A stretch of 53,319 nucleotides of DNA, filler included, from Sphacelaria rigidula (GCA_964200075.2; 3 parts of 3 records of this genome joined end to end with filler, not necessarily neighbours in it), one strand, 5' to 3'; positions 24,377-37,647 are shown, counted from the whole stretch's first letter. Numbers and translations: made by a program. Notes: generated by a model from the sequence alone, not told the origin.

Positions 24377-25710
24377 CAACTATACATATATATATATATA
24401 TTTTTGGCATCCCCGGGAAGGTTGTGTGTAGTGACGATAAAAATGTTGGGTCAATTTTTTAGCGCCCAACGCTTCGAATTACCCACCGCCCAGCCCGGAT
24501 ACATTCGCAAATCACTGTCAGCTGGCCCACCTCCCATAGTATTTTTTTGCGTTTTTCGTCTGCCATGAAAGCTGACCTTGGAGGCGGAGGGGTCACGGCT
24601 TCGCTGGCGACAGTATGCGTGTGTGTGTACGCCACGTTTTGGGAAGCGACCTCGCGCGCCACCGCAGCTATAATGCTATGCATATATTTAAACCATTTTC
24701 TCTGCTGACAGGCAACACTGTTGTTTCGACGGAAAAGTGTGGGGGAAAATATCCACGACAACGAACACACCTAAACGCGGCGCAATTCCCCCCATCTTAT
24801 ATTGGATACCGGCTTCCTTTGTATAGGATACGCTTTTCCACCGCATCTCATGTGTCCCAACACCCCGCACTGAGATGGCAATGTCTCGATACACACAGCA
24901 GCTGCAGCAGCAAATCAAGTTGATGTGTGTAGCTAAGACGCATATCTATCAGCCCTCGAGGTCGCGGCTGCGAATACCCTTGCCGCAGATGAAAATGTTG
25001 ACGTATAGTGATGTTCATCTATTGCAATTTCCTCACGATACCGGAAACTAATCGGTGCGATTTTGATGTTAAACGAGAGCTATTGGAAATCATAACCTGT
25101 CTGTTGAGTTTCAGCCGGCTGTCATTCGTGCACAGCGAGTTATCTGCGATCGCGTGTAGGTCGGCCATATTGGAAAATGACTTTTCGGCTTGTACAGATT
25201 TCCGTGGCTTTTTTCCCGGATATCCGTCGATCGTTCGTGTGCTGTACTGGATGGAAATGAACCGGAATTCGACGGAGGGGTAGCGTAGGACGATTAATAC
25301 AGCTGTTTATCAGCATAGTTGTCATTTTTCTGACCTGTCGACTTATGTCACTTCACCAAGTCGCTTTTTAGACGGGTGGTGAAAAACGTGACACCAAACT
25401 GGGCAAAACACTGCTATGTGAGGACTACTTGTCTATATTAGAATATGATCATACGTTATGATGCAAATGGAAGATAATTGACTATATTCAGCATTTCGGG
25501 TGCGGAAGATGGTGCTGTTCGTAAGGTGACAATATCCAAACGAGGGTGGCTCGGCTGGAGCAAGCGCCGACGTGTCTATCGCCGAGTGTGGCCATCGAGG
25601 GAAACATGTCACAATGGTACTCATATAGGTCAGGCCCACTGTGGACAGTATAAAGCCATGGTCAAGCAAGATTTATCGACAGCAAGCAATCTGTAGCTGT
25701 ACTACTGTAT

Positions 25711-26104
25711 AGAATGGCACAAGCACGGGTCAGCCCGCAAGGCGCCGGCGCCCCGCCCGGCCGTGTACCCCGGGAACAGGCAGCACGTCACCGTGCAATG
25801 CTGTATCAGTAGCCTGATACGGTACGTGTACTACCAGGCTGTATGTCGCATACGCAAGGTGCATGCCTCAATGCACAAGATGTGCGTTGAACAGAACACC
25901 GATTTCAAACTGCAGAACGGCAATAGCAGGCTCGACCTGCAAGGCGCCGGCGTCCCACCCGGCCGTGCATCCAGGAAACAGGCAGGACGTCACCGTGCAG
26001 TACTGTAGGAGTAGCCTGATCCGAGACTTCTACCATCATGATGTATATCGCATACACAAGGGGTATACCTCGACGCACAACGGGTACGTTGAACAGAATG
26101 CCGG
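25711..26104 (+). repeat. Diverged ~203-bp tandem duplication of coding-like sequence
   Basis: The units translate as YPGNRQHVTVQCCISSLIRYVYYQAV...VEQN and HPGNRQDVTVQYCRSSLIRDFYHHDV...VEQN. Confidence 0.8.
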
Positions 26105-26206
26105 TCGCAACGAGATGGGATTACCATACCCATATATCCCATAACCCAACCAACTACAACCCCACGAGCCGTAGACCCCCAAGCAACTGGATTCTAGTAC
26201 AGTACA

Positions 26207-26402
26207 GTGTGATGCTACGGTAGAGGTGCATAAGTATTTTCTGAGGTTAGAATCGTTAGAGCCCTTTATCTCATCCAAAACACGAATGATGAAACACAGT
26301 AGTATGTGAACGTACGCTAGAACTACTGCTCCAATATGCTAGGGGTCTCCCGAATGGATTTGCGAACTTGGATGCCCTTACTCATATTCTTGTGCATCTA
26401 GA
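26207..26402 (+). mobile_element. Truncated copy of the same MITE
   Basis: gtgtgatgctacggtagaggtgca...tgtgcatctaga aligns to the other copies; right TIR missing. Confidence 0.75.
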
Positions 26403-26519
26403 TTTCCTCGTACCTTATTTTTGTAGCTAGTAGCTAGCGTGTGACCACGGAAGGCGTCTGCATCGGATGCCCAGTACGGATTTACCGCGCAGATATCGTA
26501 ACGACTTTTTATGTGAAGG

Positions 26520-26520
26520 C

Positions 26521-26582
<62 letters not shown>
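26520..26582. repeat. (CAA)n microsatellite
   Basis: About 21 units. Confidence 0.95.
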
Positions 26583-26583
<1 letters not shown>

Positions 26584-27128
26584 CATATCAACAGTATAGA
26601 AAATAGAATCTTTGGGGACCCCTGAACAAGACAAGATTTTGCGCTGAAAGTGCTCGCCTACCAACATTACAGTAGTGGGGAAAACGAAAATCTTCATTCT
26701 TTCTACGGCGACTTTTCTCGTGGTCGCACTGGGGTGGATTCGAGGGGCGAGGGGCTGCGGCTCCTGTGCTGTTTTGATGAGACACCTTATATAACCCGAC
26801 ACCTCCCTAGGGTTCCACCCTGTCTGATGTTGACGCATTCTACGTCCCCCCCCCCAAAAAGAAACTAGCCTCAAACTGTCACGAAGAAAATGATCATACA
26901 GCGCCTGATGTTTGGGTTCAGGCTGCATGCAGCGCTTCATATGGGAAGCGGCATATGGGCAACATTGGCGAGAACGAACCCAAGCGCGGGGATTCCCAGC
27001 TGCTCGTAATGGCCGGGAGATTCTTCGATTTACGTTTAGATCTGGCCTCCTCAAACCAGCCACTTCGGGGGGGGGCGGCTATCGCAAAAGCTGTATGCTG
27101 TGTGCATTGTACTACATACATGGTTGCC

Positions 27129-27471
27129 GGTCGCTCCGGTGGCTCAGTCTATAACCTCGAAATCCTCTGACGGTTGGGTCGTGCGTTCGAGTCTCAGAGC
27201 GATCTCGGTTTTTCTCACACAATGCCCAGCAGTGCAGAGAGACTGGGTACACAAAATTCGACTCAACGGTCGACGAGGAAAAGATATCGCTGAATCCCTC
27301 TCGCAGTAAAAAATGAAGGCAAGCACCCCAGAAGGAAGGTGGAGAGCCAAAACAATTGAAAAAAAACTCCTGTGTTGGCCTCCCTCCTGTACGATCCCGG
27401 CGGGTGCGCCCACATATACAGAGAGGTGTAGACCGACGTACAGAATAAATCGGATGACAACACACACATAA

Positions 27472-27500
<29 letters not shown>
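27129..27500 (+). mobile_element. tRNA-derived SINE
   Basis: Head GGTCGCTC...GAGCGATC pairs as an acceptor stem; A-box TGGCTCAGT, B-box GTTCGAGTC; body shared with 35309-35522; CA/TA simple-repeat tail. Confidence 0.75.
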
Positions 27501-27502
<2 letters not shown>

Positions 27503-27591
27503 TACGACCCATCCAATTCGAGGTTATAGTGCGACGTACCGCAAGTGTTGCACTAATGTGCGGTACAGTAGTAGCAGCTGGATTGCCGCTG

Positions 27592-27846
27592 GAGTGATAC
27601 TACGGTAGGGGTGCACGAATATTTCTTGAGGTTAGGATTTTTAGGAGTCCTTTGTCTCATCGAAAACACGACTTATGAATTATGTGAGAGTACGCCAGGA
27701 TTACTATTTCAGTGTGCTGGGATATCCCGACGGAATTTCCAAGTGGGGATGCCCTGATCCATATTCTGATACATCTTGAATCATTACGAGCCCGTGAACC
27801 AGACACGAGTTTGCGCAAAAAGTGCACCCCTGCCGTAGTATTGCCA
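27592..27846 (+). mobile_element. Same MITE family, TSD GCTG
   Basis: GAGTGATACTACGGTAGGGGTGCAC ... GTGCACCCCTGCCGTAGTATTGCCA, with GCTG on both sides. Confidence 0.85.
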
Positions 27847-28559
27847 GCTGGCCGCTCAGACGTTGTGCATTGTTGCAAAGCTACGACGCCGGTAGAAAGA
27901 AACTTCCACATATCAGTAGCAATGTGCATGCGCTGCACCACGGTAGTCCAAAAGTACACTACGGTAGCCACAGCGTAAATACACTCGATCGCTGCAACAC
28001 AGGCAGCGCAGTAAGCACAGGGAACGGTGCCAGCAGGGATGGCCACCTGGGGACTAGGGATGCAGCGAGTTAGTGGGCAGTAGGAAAGTACTTGGCGGAG
28101 CGTGTTGACATAATCATAACGCGTGGACAGTTAGGAACACGGTATCAATATCATGAAAATCATAATGTGTGATATGATAAATCGTTTCAGCATGATATTG
28201 GTGATACATCCAATGCGAGAGAGCAACAAACGAGGAACAATCAACGTGCAGACAAGTGAGACAATGCCTCTTCTCTGATTAATAGCCATGTATCTCTTCC
28301 GCGTGACAACGGGAGGGACAATAATCATCCCAGTGTGTCAGATACTCATCCGAAAAAATGTTGATTGGCGATGATACCCCGCCTTCGACTGGAGTCGCGA
28401 ACTACTTTTGTTGGTTGTTGGCGTTGGCACCTTGGACCATGTGCGGTATTATTCGTCACTTGGAGATATCTAAAACTTGGAATTTTCCCACCGGGGGGGA
28501 GTGGCGAGGTAGCTGGCATCCCAGCTCTTTAGGAACGATCAGCAAAAATAGGCTACAAC

Positions 28560-29600
28560 GAAATTATTGTGTACCCGGTGCCATATAATGCAGGGTCGGG
28601 TGCGGCGCAGGTATACCAAAACCCATACGTATCACAGGCGTCCGCGCCAAGAAATTCGCGCACGACCATATGTTTCGGATCTTTGCGACACACATAACGG
28701 AGAGTGTCCCCCAAACATACACAGAATAGTGCGAGGGGAGAGTGCCGTTGGACGGTCGATGATGAGGATTCCCCATGACCATCCCGGACAAGTGCTGGTG
28801 ATGAGGAACGAGTATCATGTGCGGTCACTGGATCATACCGGTTCAGCAAAAACGATCTCCCCGAGCATATGATGGTGGTGGACATTCACTGTGTCACGTG
28901 TCAGATCACCTCCGGATGTTTTGTTAATTTACCGGAGACTGCTGCCGAGATATCCCCCCCCCCCAAACCGGTCAAAAAAGTGCCCGGAGGTGATGATCAC
29001 AAATTGCCGTTAGAGCTGGTTTCGTGCTGCTCGACGCGACTCATTTGGGTGTTATGGGTAATATTAGACTGCTACACGCCTCCCATGTGGCCGGGATTGC
29101 TGCAAACGAGCCCAATAGTAAGATCGCAGCCGGTTTATCGGACGGTCTCCGGTGCACCTTGTGTGGGAGGGCTATCTCGGCATTAGTCCAGAGTCAGATA
29201 AACGAAAATGTCCCCGAACGAGTGCTGTTGCTGGATAACGATTGCCACGTGTAATCTCTGTGCCTGGAATATTTCCACCTTCTACGATATGAGTGAAGAT
29301 GGTGTCCCCGAGCAAGTGCTCGTGGGTAACGACGAGTATCATGGGTAAGGTCTCTCGCTATTTGTTTTTCATCTGCCAGGGTGGAAAAAGGACGCTCCCG
29401 GACAAGTGCTGGTGATGGGAAACGAGTATAACGCGTAGTCCCTGGATCACACCGATTCATTTGCCACGGGCGAACCAAAAACGATCTCCACGAGGAACTC
29501 GCTGATGGTGGTGGACATCCACTGTGTCGTATGTAACTGACTGGGTCACATTCGCTCGTTTGCCGGGGTCGAAGTAGACACGGCGTTCCCAAACCAGTGC
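28560..29600 (+). pseudogene. Decayed coding relic with repeated peptide motif and zinc-knuckle-like Cys/His (possibly retroelement gag-like)
   Basis: Repeats PGQVLVMRNEYHV / PERVLLLDNDCHV / PEQVLVGNDEYHG / PGQVLVMGNEYNA; MVVDIHCV twice, one followed by CN*LGHIRS; stops and frameshifts. Confidence 0.4.
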
Positions 29601-31139
29601 CGATGATTTTCCACCATCACCACATGATAAATCAATCAGTCATATTGTTTGATCTTCCAGGGTCGAGTGATAGACGGCGTTTCCGAAGGACAGCCGGTGG
29701 TTCACGACGATTATCATATGATGGCCGGGTACAATAACAGTGGTCATGCTCCCGTCATTTACCAGGCGCTCACTGAATATGGCGGTCATACAGGATTGCT
29801 GATGGTGGATCAAGATCGAAACCTGTCAAACGCAGGGAAATGAGGATGTTCATAGACGTGTTGAAGTGTCACGACGAATTCGAAAATACTTCCAAAAAGG
29901 GTACAACGAACCGAGAACGACAACCTCATCGTCCACTCAATCACAGGCACGACGTGACCACCCACCCTACTTTCCACCCGCAGCAAGCGCACTCCACGGC
30001 ATCACCGCCCCCGCCCGAAGAACACACCGGCAGCGATAGAGGGCACTCCCTCCCAGCGGAGATCCCCCCCCTGCCCCAGCAACGTGCCTTATGGAGCCTT
30101 CCCCTGCTTAAGTATCGCACTCAAGGAGACTACATCAACCCTGCCACAGCGGTCGAACACTCGCATCGAGGGAAAGTTGCAAAAGCACAGATCGAGATAT
30201 CAAATGTGCAGACCGTGGCAGCCCCTCTCTCCCTCGAACGGTCGACAAGTTGCCTGGTCCACCACCAACTCGGTCATTTCTCCAAGCGACAGTAGAGAGG
30301 GTGGGGTACCTTCCCAAGATCCCAATATCGATAGAAGTAGGGTCAGAAGAAAAAGTAGCACACTCGCGGTTCCAAACGCTGTCGTGCTGTCGTATTATCG
30401 CCTGTTGTGCAGTCCAGATTCAGTGCAACCTTACAGACACGTGGGGCTGAAGGATTCTTGAGCCCAAAACTAAAGCAATTATATGTGCAGAATGGTAATA
30501 TTCAAAACGTATATTAGACAACGAGTAATGACAACAATAAATTGTAACCCATTCTTATGTAAAACAAAAAGGAGAGAACTACAGGCTGGTCCAGCCTAGA
30601 AACGAGTTGAGGCTCTCAAAGAGATATCTTATCGATACAGACGAGTTGGGCCCTGACACGCGTATCGTGTTCATCGACTGATGAAGGGGAAGGTGCCCTT
30701 CTGCTCGGAAGTCCAGGCCATCTGGTTTTCGTTGATTAAACCCCATGTCAAGTTATTTCGATACCGTACGGGTATAGCGTCCGTCCTGAAGTCTAGATGA
30801 AACCTCGGACGATGTATGCAGAGGATGACGATTTTTGGTGTGAAAATTCCCTGGAGCACGGGAAAACGAGCGGAGACATTATATGCATTTAATCTGGGTA
30901 TCGCGTCTCAGTTTTCGAGAGTTTTGCTTTGAAATTTCGTATGGAGAACCACTAGTGCATAATCTTGAAAACACAGAGTTGTTCAGTTTTTCATTTTTTT
31001 TCTCCTCGTTTTTCTAGTGGAGGTCTGAGGGAAAATGAACATTGCTCTTGGACAATACCACATTTTCAAGCTCGAATTCTCGAATCGTGATTTGAAAGCG
31101 AGCATGGAGAATCACCAAAGGGAAAACAAAAATGGACCT

Positions 31140-32650
31140 TACTTTGTTCTCCAGTCCTTGCATCAAAATCTCCCACTAACAATACTCCTTCTTGCCTTTT
31201 ATAGTCATGTACATTTGCTGCTATCTCTTCATACTTCCTCTGTATATCGTTTACCGTACTTTTCGACCCTGGAGAGATGGGGACGTTCCCTACGAAAAAC
31301 ACTTTCATCCCCCGCTCCCCCGGTGCCCTTGTCCATATCCTCTCTTCGCATTCTGTGTCTTTGACCACCTCTACTATGCCACAGGTATTCCTTGACTTGA
31401 GAATCCTACTCCCCCCGCTCCCCTATTCTTGCGGATCTATCCCTTCCGCTCTTTCCTCATCCATGCGTACTCTTCAAGTTCGCATCCTATTTCCGCTCCA
31501 TGTTCCTCTCATGACTCTTGAATGCCCACTATATCTAGGTCACGCGTACTTACTCGTTCGGCTTTCTATCTCATTTTTCCTGCGCTCGTTCGTGGCGAAT
31601 CCACGCACGTTCCACGATCCTATCCTCAGCTTCCTTTTCGAACCACTATTCAGTCTCTTTTTGCCTGTTTCACTCCGTCGTGTATGCTTCTAGTTTCCCT
31701 CGCTTGATATCTCTTTCCGTTCCCGGTCTGGTCTTTGTCTGCTTTGAGCAGCTATTTCCTCTCCCCCATTCCGTGTCGGACTTTTACTCGTTCTTGCCTC
31801 CCCGCTCCTCGGTTTACCCGAGGGCTATGCCTTAGGTTTGCTGTTCCACTCGCTCAACATACTCGGCACCCTACCCTTCCAAGCCATCCCGGCACTTGAC
31901 TCGTCTCTATTCTCTCCCACTATTTGCTCGCTCTCTGCTGTAGCATAACTCGGAAGTGTTCTCCCTCCTTTTCTACGTTTCCTCTTACCCAACAGTGTTG
32001 TTCTACTGTACTTCATCGCGTTTCCTCTTGAAGTTTTCTTCTCGTCATATCGCTAGGGACTGCAAACACCAGCCTTGCAAGTATTTTACCCGCCAACTTT
32101 ATCACTCGTCATCTATCCTTGCTTATTGTCTCCTCTTTGATCTCTTTCGAGATTATCTCCAGCTCGTTTGCTCTGAAGATTGGGGTGAGACGTAGCCAAG
32201 GTGTTGATATCCTTGTTGGGGATCGGACGTCTTTTGATTCCTTTGCTAGCTCACCGACATAAAAAGAGTGTCTCCAAAGCGGGCTCGTAGCCTGTAGCCA
32301 AGTTCAGCACCCTTCACACAAGTATCCCATGTTTGTGCCGGGCGATCTGCAAGGTAAATCACCCAGGCATCCCACGATCTTGTCTCGTATCCTCTTGCCC
32401 CACCGCTGTGCTGGTTACTTTCCTCCAGGGAGGTCATCTTCACGCTACAAGGTTCAAGGACTGCTGGCATACCGTAACACGATGTCTTACTCGCATATCG
32501 GTATCTCCCGTACGTGGCTTCCTCCCATTCCATGTGCGGTTCACCGTGGGTTCCTACTTCACCAATGCTCCTGAGTATACCTTCGCTGCAGAGAGTTTGA
32601 CAAACGATTTCCCTACGTGTACTTTCTACTATTCTTCGAGATCTTGAGAT
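31140..32650 (-). mobile_element. Degenerate non-LTR retrotransposon (LINE): APE endonuclease N-terminus plus upstream ORF1-like relic
   Basis: Minus strand LRIGSWNVRG (~31630), then after a frameshift DLDIVGIQES* and NRGAGGVGF, then VLLVGDFDAR (~31165). These are APE motifs, with stops and frameshifts. The upstream boundary is approximate. Confidence 0.8.
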
Positions 32651-33414
32651 ATGTACGTACCGCTTGGTGCCCCTTCTTTCTGGCCATATGGTCGGTCATT
32701 GGCGAAGTGTTTGTTTGACGAGTGCAGGATGCCTCGACGCTTTTGTCGTGCATCATCCATTTGACGCCTGTGCATCTTACGAATTGTAGGATATTGTCTA
32801 ACCCGAGTTCCATCGCCCAATTGAAATCGGTAAAACAGGTTATTTTCGAAAATGAGGTCGAACATTCAAGTATGAGGTTCGAATGAGCAGTGCTTCCCTG
32901 ACCTAATGGTATGACAAGTGGCTTTCATGTGGACGATCTCACGCCCCCCGGCCGCCCTGAAACTATTTTTGGCGGTTTTCTGTCTTCTGTTCCCCCAAAG
33001 GGTATGTGTGCTTTGGGCTAAACAGCGTAGCTTTTTTCACCCCGAAATCGAGGCGAAATGGTGCTTTCGCACGCCTCCTTCGATGGAACGGAAGACGGGA
33101 AACCGCCAAGTATCGTTTCAGGGAGGTCAGGGAGCATGAGGTCGTCCATATGAAAGTATTTTTTTTTACCGTTCAGGGATGTATTGTTTATTTGGACCTA
33201 ACTTAAATGTTCAACCTCATTTCCGCAAAAACAAATGATGAAGTGTTGGGGGTATCTCACCACAAGACCTAACCTACATGTGAACCCAACATGGCTGATC
33301 TTGTGCAATCTGTACTTGTATGTTGTATTGTCAATTTGATACGTAAAGTGGTCAGTCAACCTACAAGCTATTTTTTTTATGTCTGGGTTTTGCTCTTCGT
33401 TTCATGCATTTATC

Positions 33415-34624
33415 CAAGGGTAGGTCGAGTAGAGTATGTACTTTTGAGTATTCGAGTAAAATACTCAAGTATTTACTCTACTCGTCGTTTGAGTAGGTCG
33501 AGTACGGCCTCAAATACTTCACTCAATTTTTTGAGTACGTCGAGTGCGGCCTCAAATACTCTACTCAAATTTTGAGTAGGTTGAGTACAGTCTCGAATAC
33601 TCTACTCAGATATCGAGTAATCATTCTCAGTAATACTCGAGTATAGAGTATCCCTTGAGTATGATCTCAATACTCTACTCAAAGTTTGAGTAGTAGGTCG
33701 AGTACGACCTCAAATACTCTACTCAAATTCTCGAGTAGGTTGCGTATGGCCTCAAATACTCTGTTCAATTTTTGAGTAAGCACTCTCAGTAAATACTTGA
33801 GTATAGAGTACCCCTTGGGCATCGTGAGTACCCCTGACAGTCGGCGACTTCGTGACGTCAGTTCACAGACTATGTTGAATGCATGGGCGAACGATGTCCA
33901 CCAATTAGATGGGCGGCATTACATCACAGCCAACAAGGAGTACGAGCGAAGGATGGCCATAAAAAAATCAAGAAGCGTGCAGGTGAACGAACCTACTTGC
34001 TCCAGCGCCCCATCTCACCAGCTCCCACCCACGGCAGTCCATACTCGATACCTCTTAACGCCTCCGATATCACCTTCAATACAGAGGGCTACTCATCATC
34101 ATCGAGTAAGCGAGTAGTCGAGTAGTTGAGTAGGTATTATCAAAATGAGCGACTCTACTGGCCACGGTTTGGCAAGACAGTTTGACCTCGAATCAACACT
34201 AATTATTGGTGGGGAACTCTGGCAATACAGTCAAATTTTGAGTAGGTCGAGTACGGCCTCCGATACTCTACTCAAATTTTGAGTAGGCCAAGTACGGCCT
34301 CAAATACTCTACTCAAATTTTGAGTAGGTCGAGAACGGCCTCAAATATCCTTCTCCAATTTTGAGTAGGTCGAGTACGACCTTGAATACTCTACTCAAAT
34401 ATTGAGTAAGCACTCTCAGTAATAAGTGAGTATAGTGTATCACGTGAGTATGACCTCAATACGCTACTCAAATTTTGAGTAGGTCGAGTATGGTCTCAAA
34501 TACTCAACTCATATTTCGAGTAGGTTTAGTACAGCTTTCAATACTCTACTCAAATTTTGAGTACTAAAAGTATTACTCTAAAAAAAGACTGAGTATTGAG
34601 TATACTCTACTCGACCTACCCTTG
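33415..34624. mobile_element. Non-autonomous hAT-like DNA transposon with ~40-bp subterminal tandem repeats
   Basis: TIR CAAGGGTAGGTCGAGTAGAGTAT at both ends; 8-bp flanks CATTTATC / CATGTATC (7/8); many ttttgagtaggtcgagtacggcctcaaatactctactcaaa units. Confidence 0.85.
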
Positions 34625-34959
34625 CATGTATCTACTGGCACAACTCGCGATATCTCGTCAGTTCGAACGAGCTGAAGGAAAATGAGCTTCTTAGGCGGCC
34701 CAACCGCTACTACATTATGATAGCAGCGGAGAAGCAGGGGAGAAGATGGGTGTCGTGATATTCGGGTTAATTGAGCAGTTTGAAGTACTCCCAAGGACGA
34801 TTCACGCGGGCTCGGTGGGGTGTGCGTGCGTTCAGCGACCCACACCCATTAGTGTTATGTTCCTGTTTCTATATGCGTGACCGTCAGTACTGTATCCGTT
34901 GCTTGAACCAGCTATTGATGATGCGACAACCGCCCGTTAGTAACGGGAGAGCCTAGCTT

Positions 34960-35300
34960 GCCCGTGACACCAGGCCCGAGATCGTAACAGTACGGTGTTC
35001 CACAACCTCCCGCATCACAAAAGACCGACGCGTCGTGAGTTGTGAGAGTCCAGTTATTACGTCGATGCGGAGAGACTCAGGAAACAAGTGCGGGAAACAG
35101 GGGCGTGGTCGTTGTGGCGACCGTGAACGGCAAATGAGCGGGGGAAGGGCCGAATGTGTGGGCGTCTTGTTGAAGTTGGCGCGTGGACTTCCTGGTACAG
35201 TGTAGAAAGCGATGGCCTAGCAGAGGTACGTTCTCGGCCGATCGGTGTCCCGGATAAGGTATGGTTGGAAAATATTTCCTAGATCTGCTATACCTCGGCC
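34960..35300 (+). repeat. Fragment of the dispersed repeat also present at 43491-44100 and 45844-46313
   Basis: Shares gtcgttgtggcg..cgtgaacggcaaat and gatgcggagagactcagga with those copies. Confidence 0.7.
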
Positions 35301-35308
35301 GGATATAC

Positions 35309-35522
35309 GGTCGCCCCGGTGGCTCAGGTGGTAACCTCGTAAGCTTGTGATGGTTGAGTTGTCGGGTTCGATTCTCGAAGCGATCTGGGAATTTTTGTTA
35401 CACCATGCCCAACAGTGGAGACTATGTCGTGGGTACACAAAATTCGACTTCACGGTCGACGAGGGAAAGGGACTGCTGAACCCCTCTCGCGATAAAAAGT
35501 AAAAGGCAAGCACCGCAGAAGG
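35309..35522 (+). mobile_element. Second copy of the tRNA-derived SINE, cut by the scaffold end
   Basis: GGTCGCCCCGGTGGCTCAGGTGG...GGTTCGATTC...gggtacacaaaattcgact aligns to the 27129 copy. Confidence 0.75.
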
Positions 35523-35622
35523 NNNNNNNNNNNNNNNNNNNNNNNNNNNNNNNNNNNNNNNNNNNNTTAATTAATTAANNNNNNNNNNNNNNNNNNNNNN
35601 NNNNNNNNNNNNNNNNNNNNNN
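35523..35622. other. Artificial scaffold linker (N44-TTAATTAATTAA-N44)
   Basis: Identical to 17716-17815. Confidence 0.97.
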
Positions 35623-37647
35623 ACACATGAGGGGAGAGGGTATAGCGAGTGAAAAAAAAATGGTCGCAGGGGGGGGGGGGGGGTCGGGGCGAGGGGGGGG
35701 GGGGGGGGGGGGGGGGGTACGCACAGTCATGTGCGAAGCGGTACAGTTCTTGCACCCTTCGAGGGTGGTGCGGACGTTTTTCAAGCGCGAACTTATTGAC
35801 ACCTCGACAACCGTGTCTACACACGTATACTGGACTCAGACAACGGGCGGTTTGGAATTCGGGAGGGGCAACCGTGTCGACAACTGCACATGCGGCATAA
35901 CTGACGGTGACTGGCGTGTCTCTGGCAGGAAGTATTCGGGGATATCTGTACAACTGGCAAATCTCTTCGATCGTCAGCAGGGGCGACGTTAGTTCAGAGA
36001 CGTTCATGTACAAAGGAAAATATATCGCGTTTTAAAAACACGTCGCCCGCCCAGCGAACGACGTCACCTTGGGTTACATATGGTATAAATGATGTTCTGC
36101 AAGGGATGACGTGTTGTCGGTGTTGATATGTCGTCGAAAACGAAGCAGTGAGAGCACAGTGTGTTGCGTGATTCGCAGGAGATTAAATCTTTCGGTTGAT
36201 GAAACTCTCTGCTGAGAGGACTCCTGGTCGTGACTACAACGTGCTCTTGACCACCTGGAAAAATTGTCCCTGTGTGTAGATGATAGCAGTACGTGAACAA
36301 TCTTCATGTCTTGGAACGTGGTGTGGCCAGGATCCCTGACCGTTCTTCGCATAAAGTATACTGCTTCTGCTTACATAAATCGGTAACACAACATCCCTGG
36401 CCTGGAGGAGGTCCAGCACCTCGCGTTAATCGAGAAGAAGATTGAATACAGCACAATTGAGGAATGCTATTCCCCGTTACTCAAAGTAAATTTACCCTCA
36501 CGTTTCGGGTGACCGGGCTGGCCTTCCTCATTTCACTGTGGTCATGGATCGTGAGATCCAAATTTGTTGTTGGATACTGCGTGCAGAGCAGTTCTAAGCG
36601 CACAGAAACCACTGGTTGTACTCGGCACTACTATACCGACGTACCGAATACGAGCTAACCACAGCACCATCGTGACAACACATATACCTTTCCAACGTGA
36701 TACACCCGAGTTCAGCCAATCTGCACATACACGCTGCAACGTCTGCTTGACTACGGCCCCACCGACAGACCCTCAGCTGTATATAGAGTACAGTAAACGG
36801 TCGTTTTGAGCCGAACTGCACGGTAAAAATCATGAAGCCGTTTGACCATCTCCACCTGCTAGACACACAGAAGACTATCCTGGTCTTCTGTGCAGAAGAA
36901 AAATTGCCTTTGCCTCAACCACCCTCTCACCTTACCACCAGATGACCGCAGTTCTTCCCCACGAGCATGCACCCGCCCGCCAACCTCCATCGTATTGTTC
37001 GCTCAGAATACTTCGGCTGCAATGCGTCGTGCTGACAGCACTCGAAGTTATTGTATCTGGGCGTTTTCAGTGTTGCGTCACGCTAGTTCCTACGTGCATC
37101 AATGAGGGTTACAGGCAACGAAGCCACACGAGAAGAACCTTTGCCTCCTGTGGCAGCCTACACACCTCGTGCCCAGGTCCTGTCGATGAGCAGCAGGTCT
37201 CTTGAATTTTCAAATCTAACCTCGTCACATCAGATTACGAGCATACCCGATATGTATTTGGGGTCTACTTTCAATATTTAATGTTTCCTATAATCCCACA
37301 GGATCATGATCTGAGCGAAAGTCGTTCTCTCTTCTACTCTCTTCAAGAAAAAAGTAGTCAACTCTCTATTCAGTGCATATCTGATTGCGTATTTTCGTCG
37401 TTTTTGGGGTTTGACTTCTGCTGTGTGGTCGCGGGTCTGAAATTTGGACTATCAGCATGACGAAAATGATAGCCCCTCCCTGTCTCAAGGGAAGCAAGGT
37501 CTGGCTTCAGTACGCAGACCGAGACGCCTCACGAGCCCATCACACTTGGCATCTTCATCACTCATTTCGCTCCCTGTCTCAAGAGTTTTCGTGGGGCCTC
37601 CTTCCTGAACCCCGTGAAAATTGGAGTGACTTACGATCACATCGGGC

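Noticed and set aside
33490..34562. CRISPR-like or satellite array
   Set aside because: The repeats are contiguous without spacers and are bounded by TIRs and an 8-bp TSD.
35700..37200. Scattered minus-strand exon-like segments
   Set aside because: They could not be joined into a consistent frame or recognisable protein.
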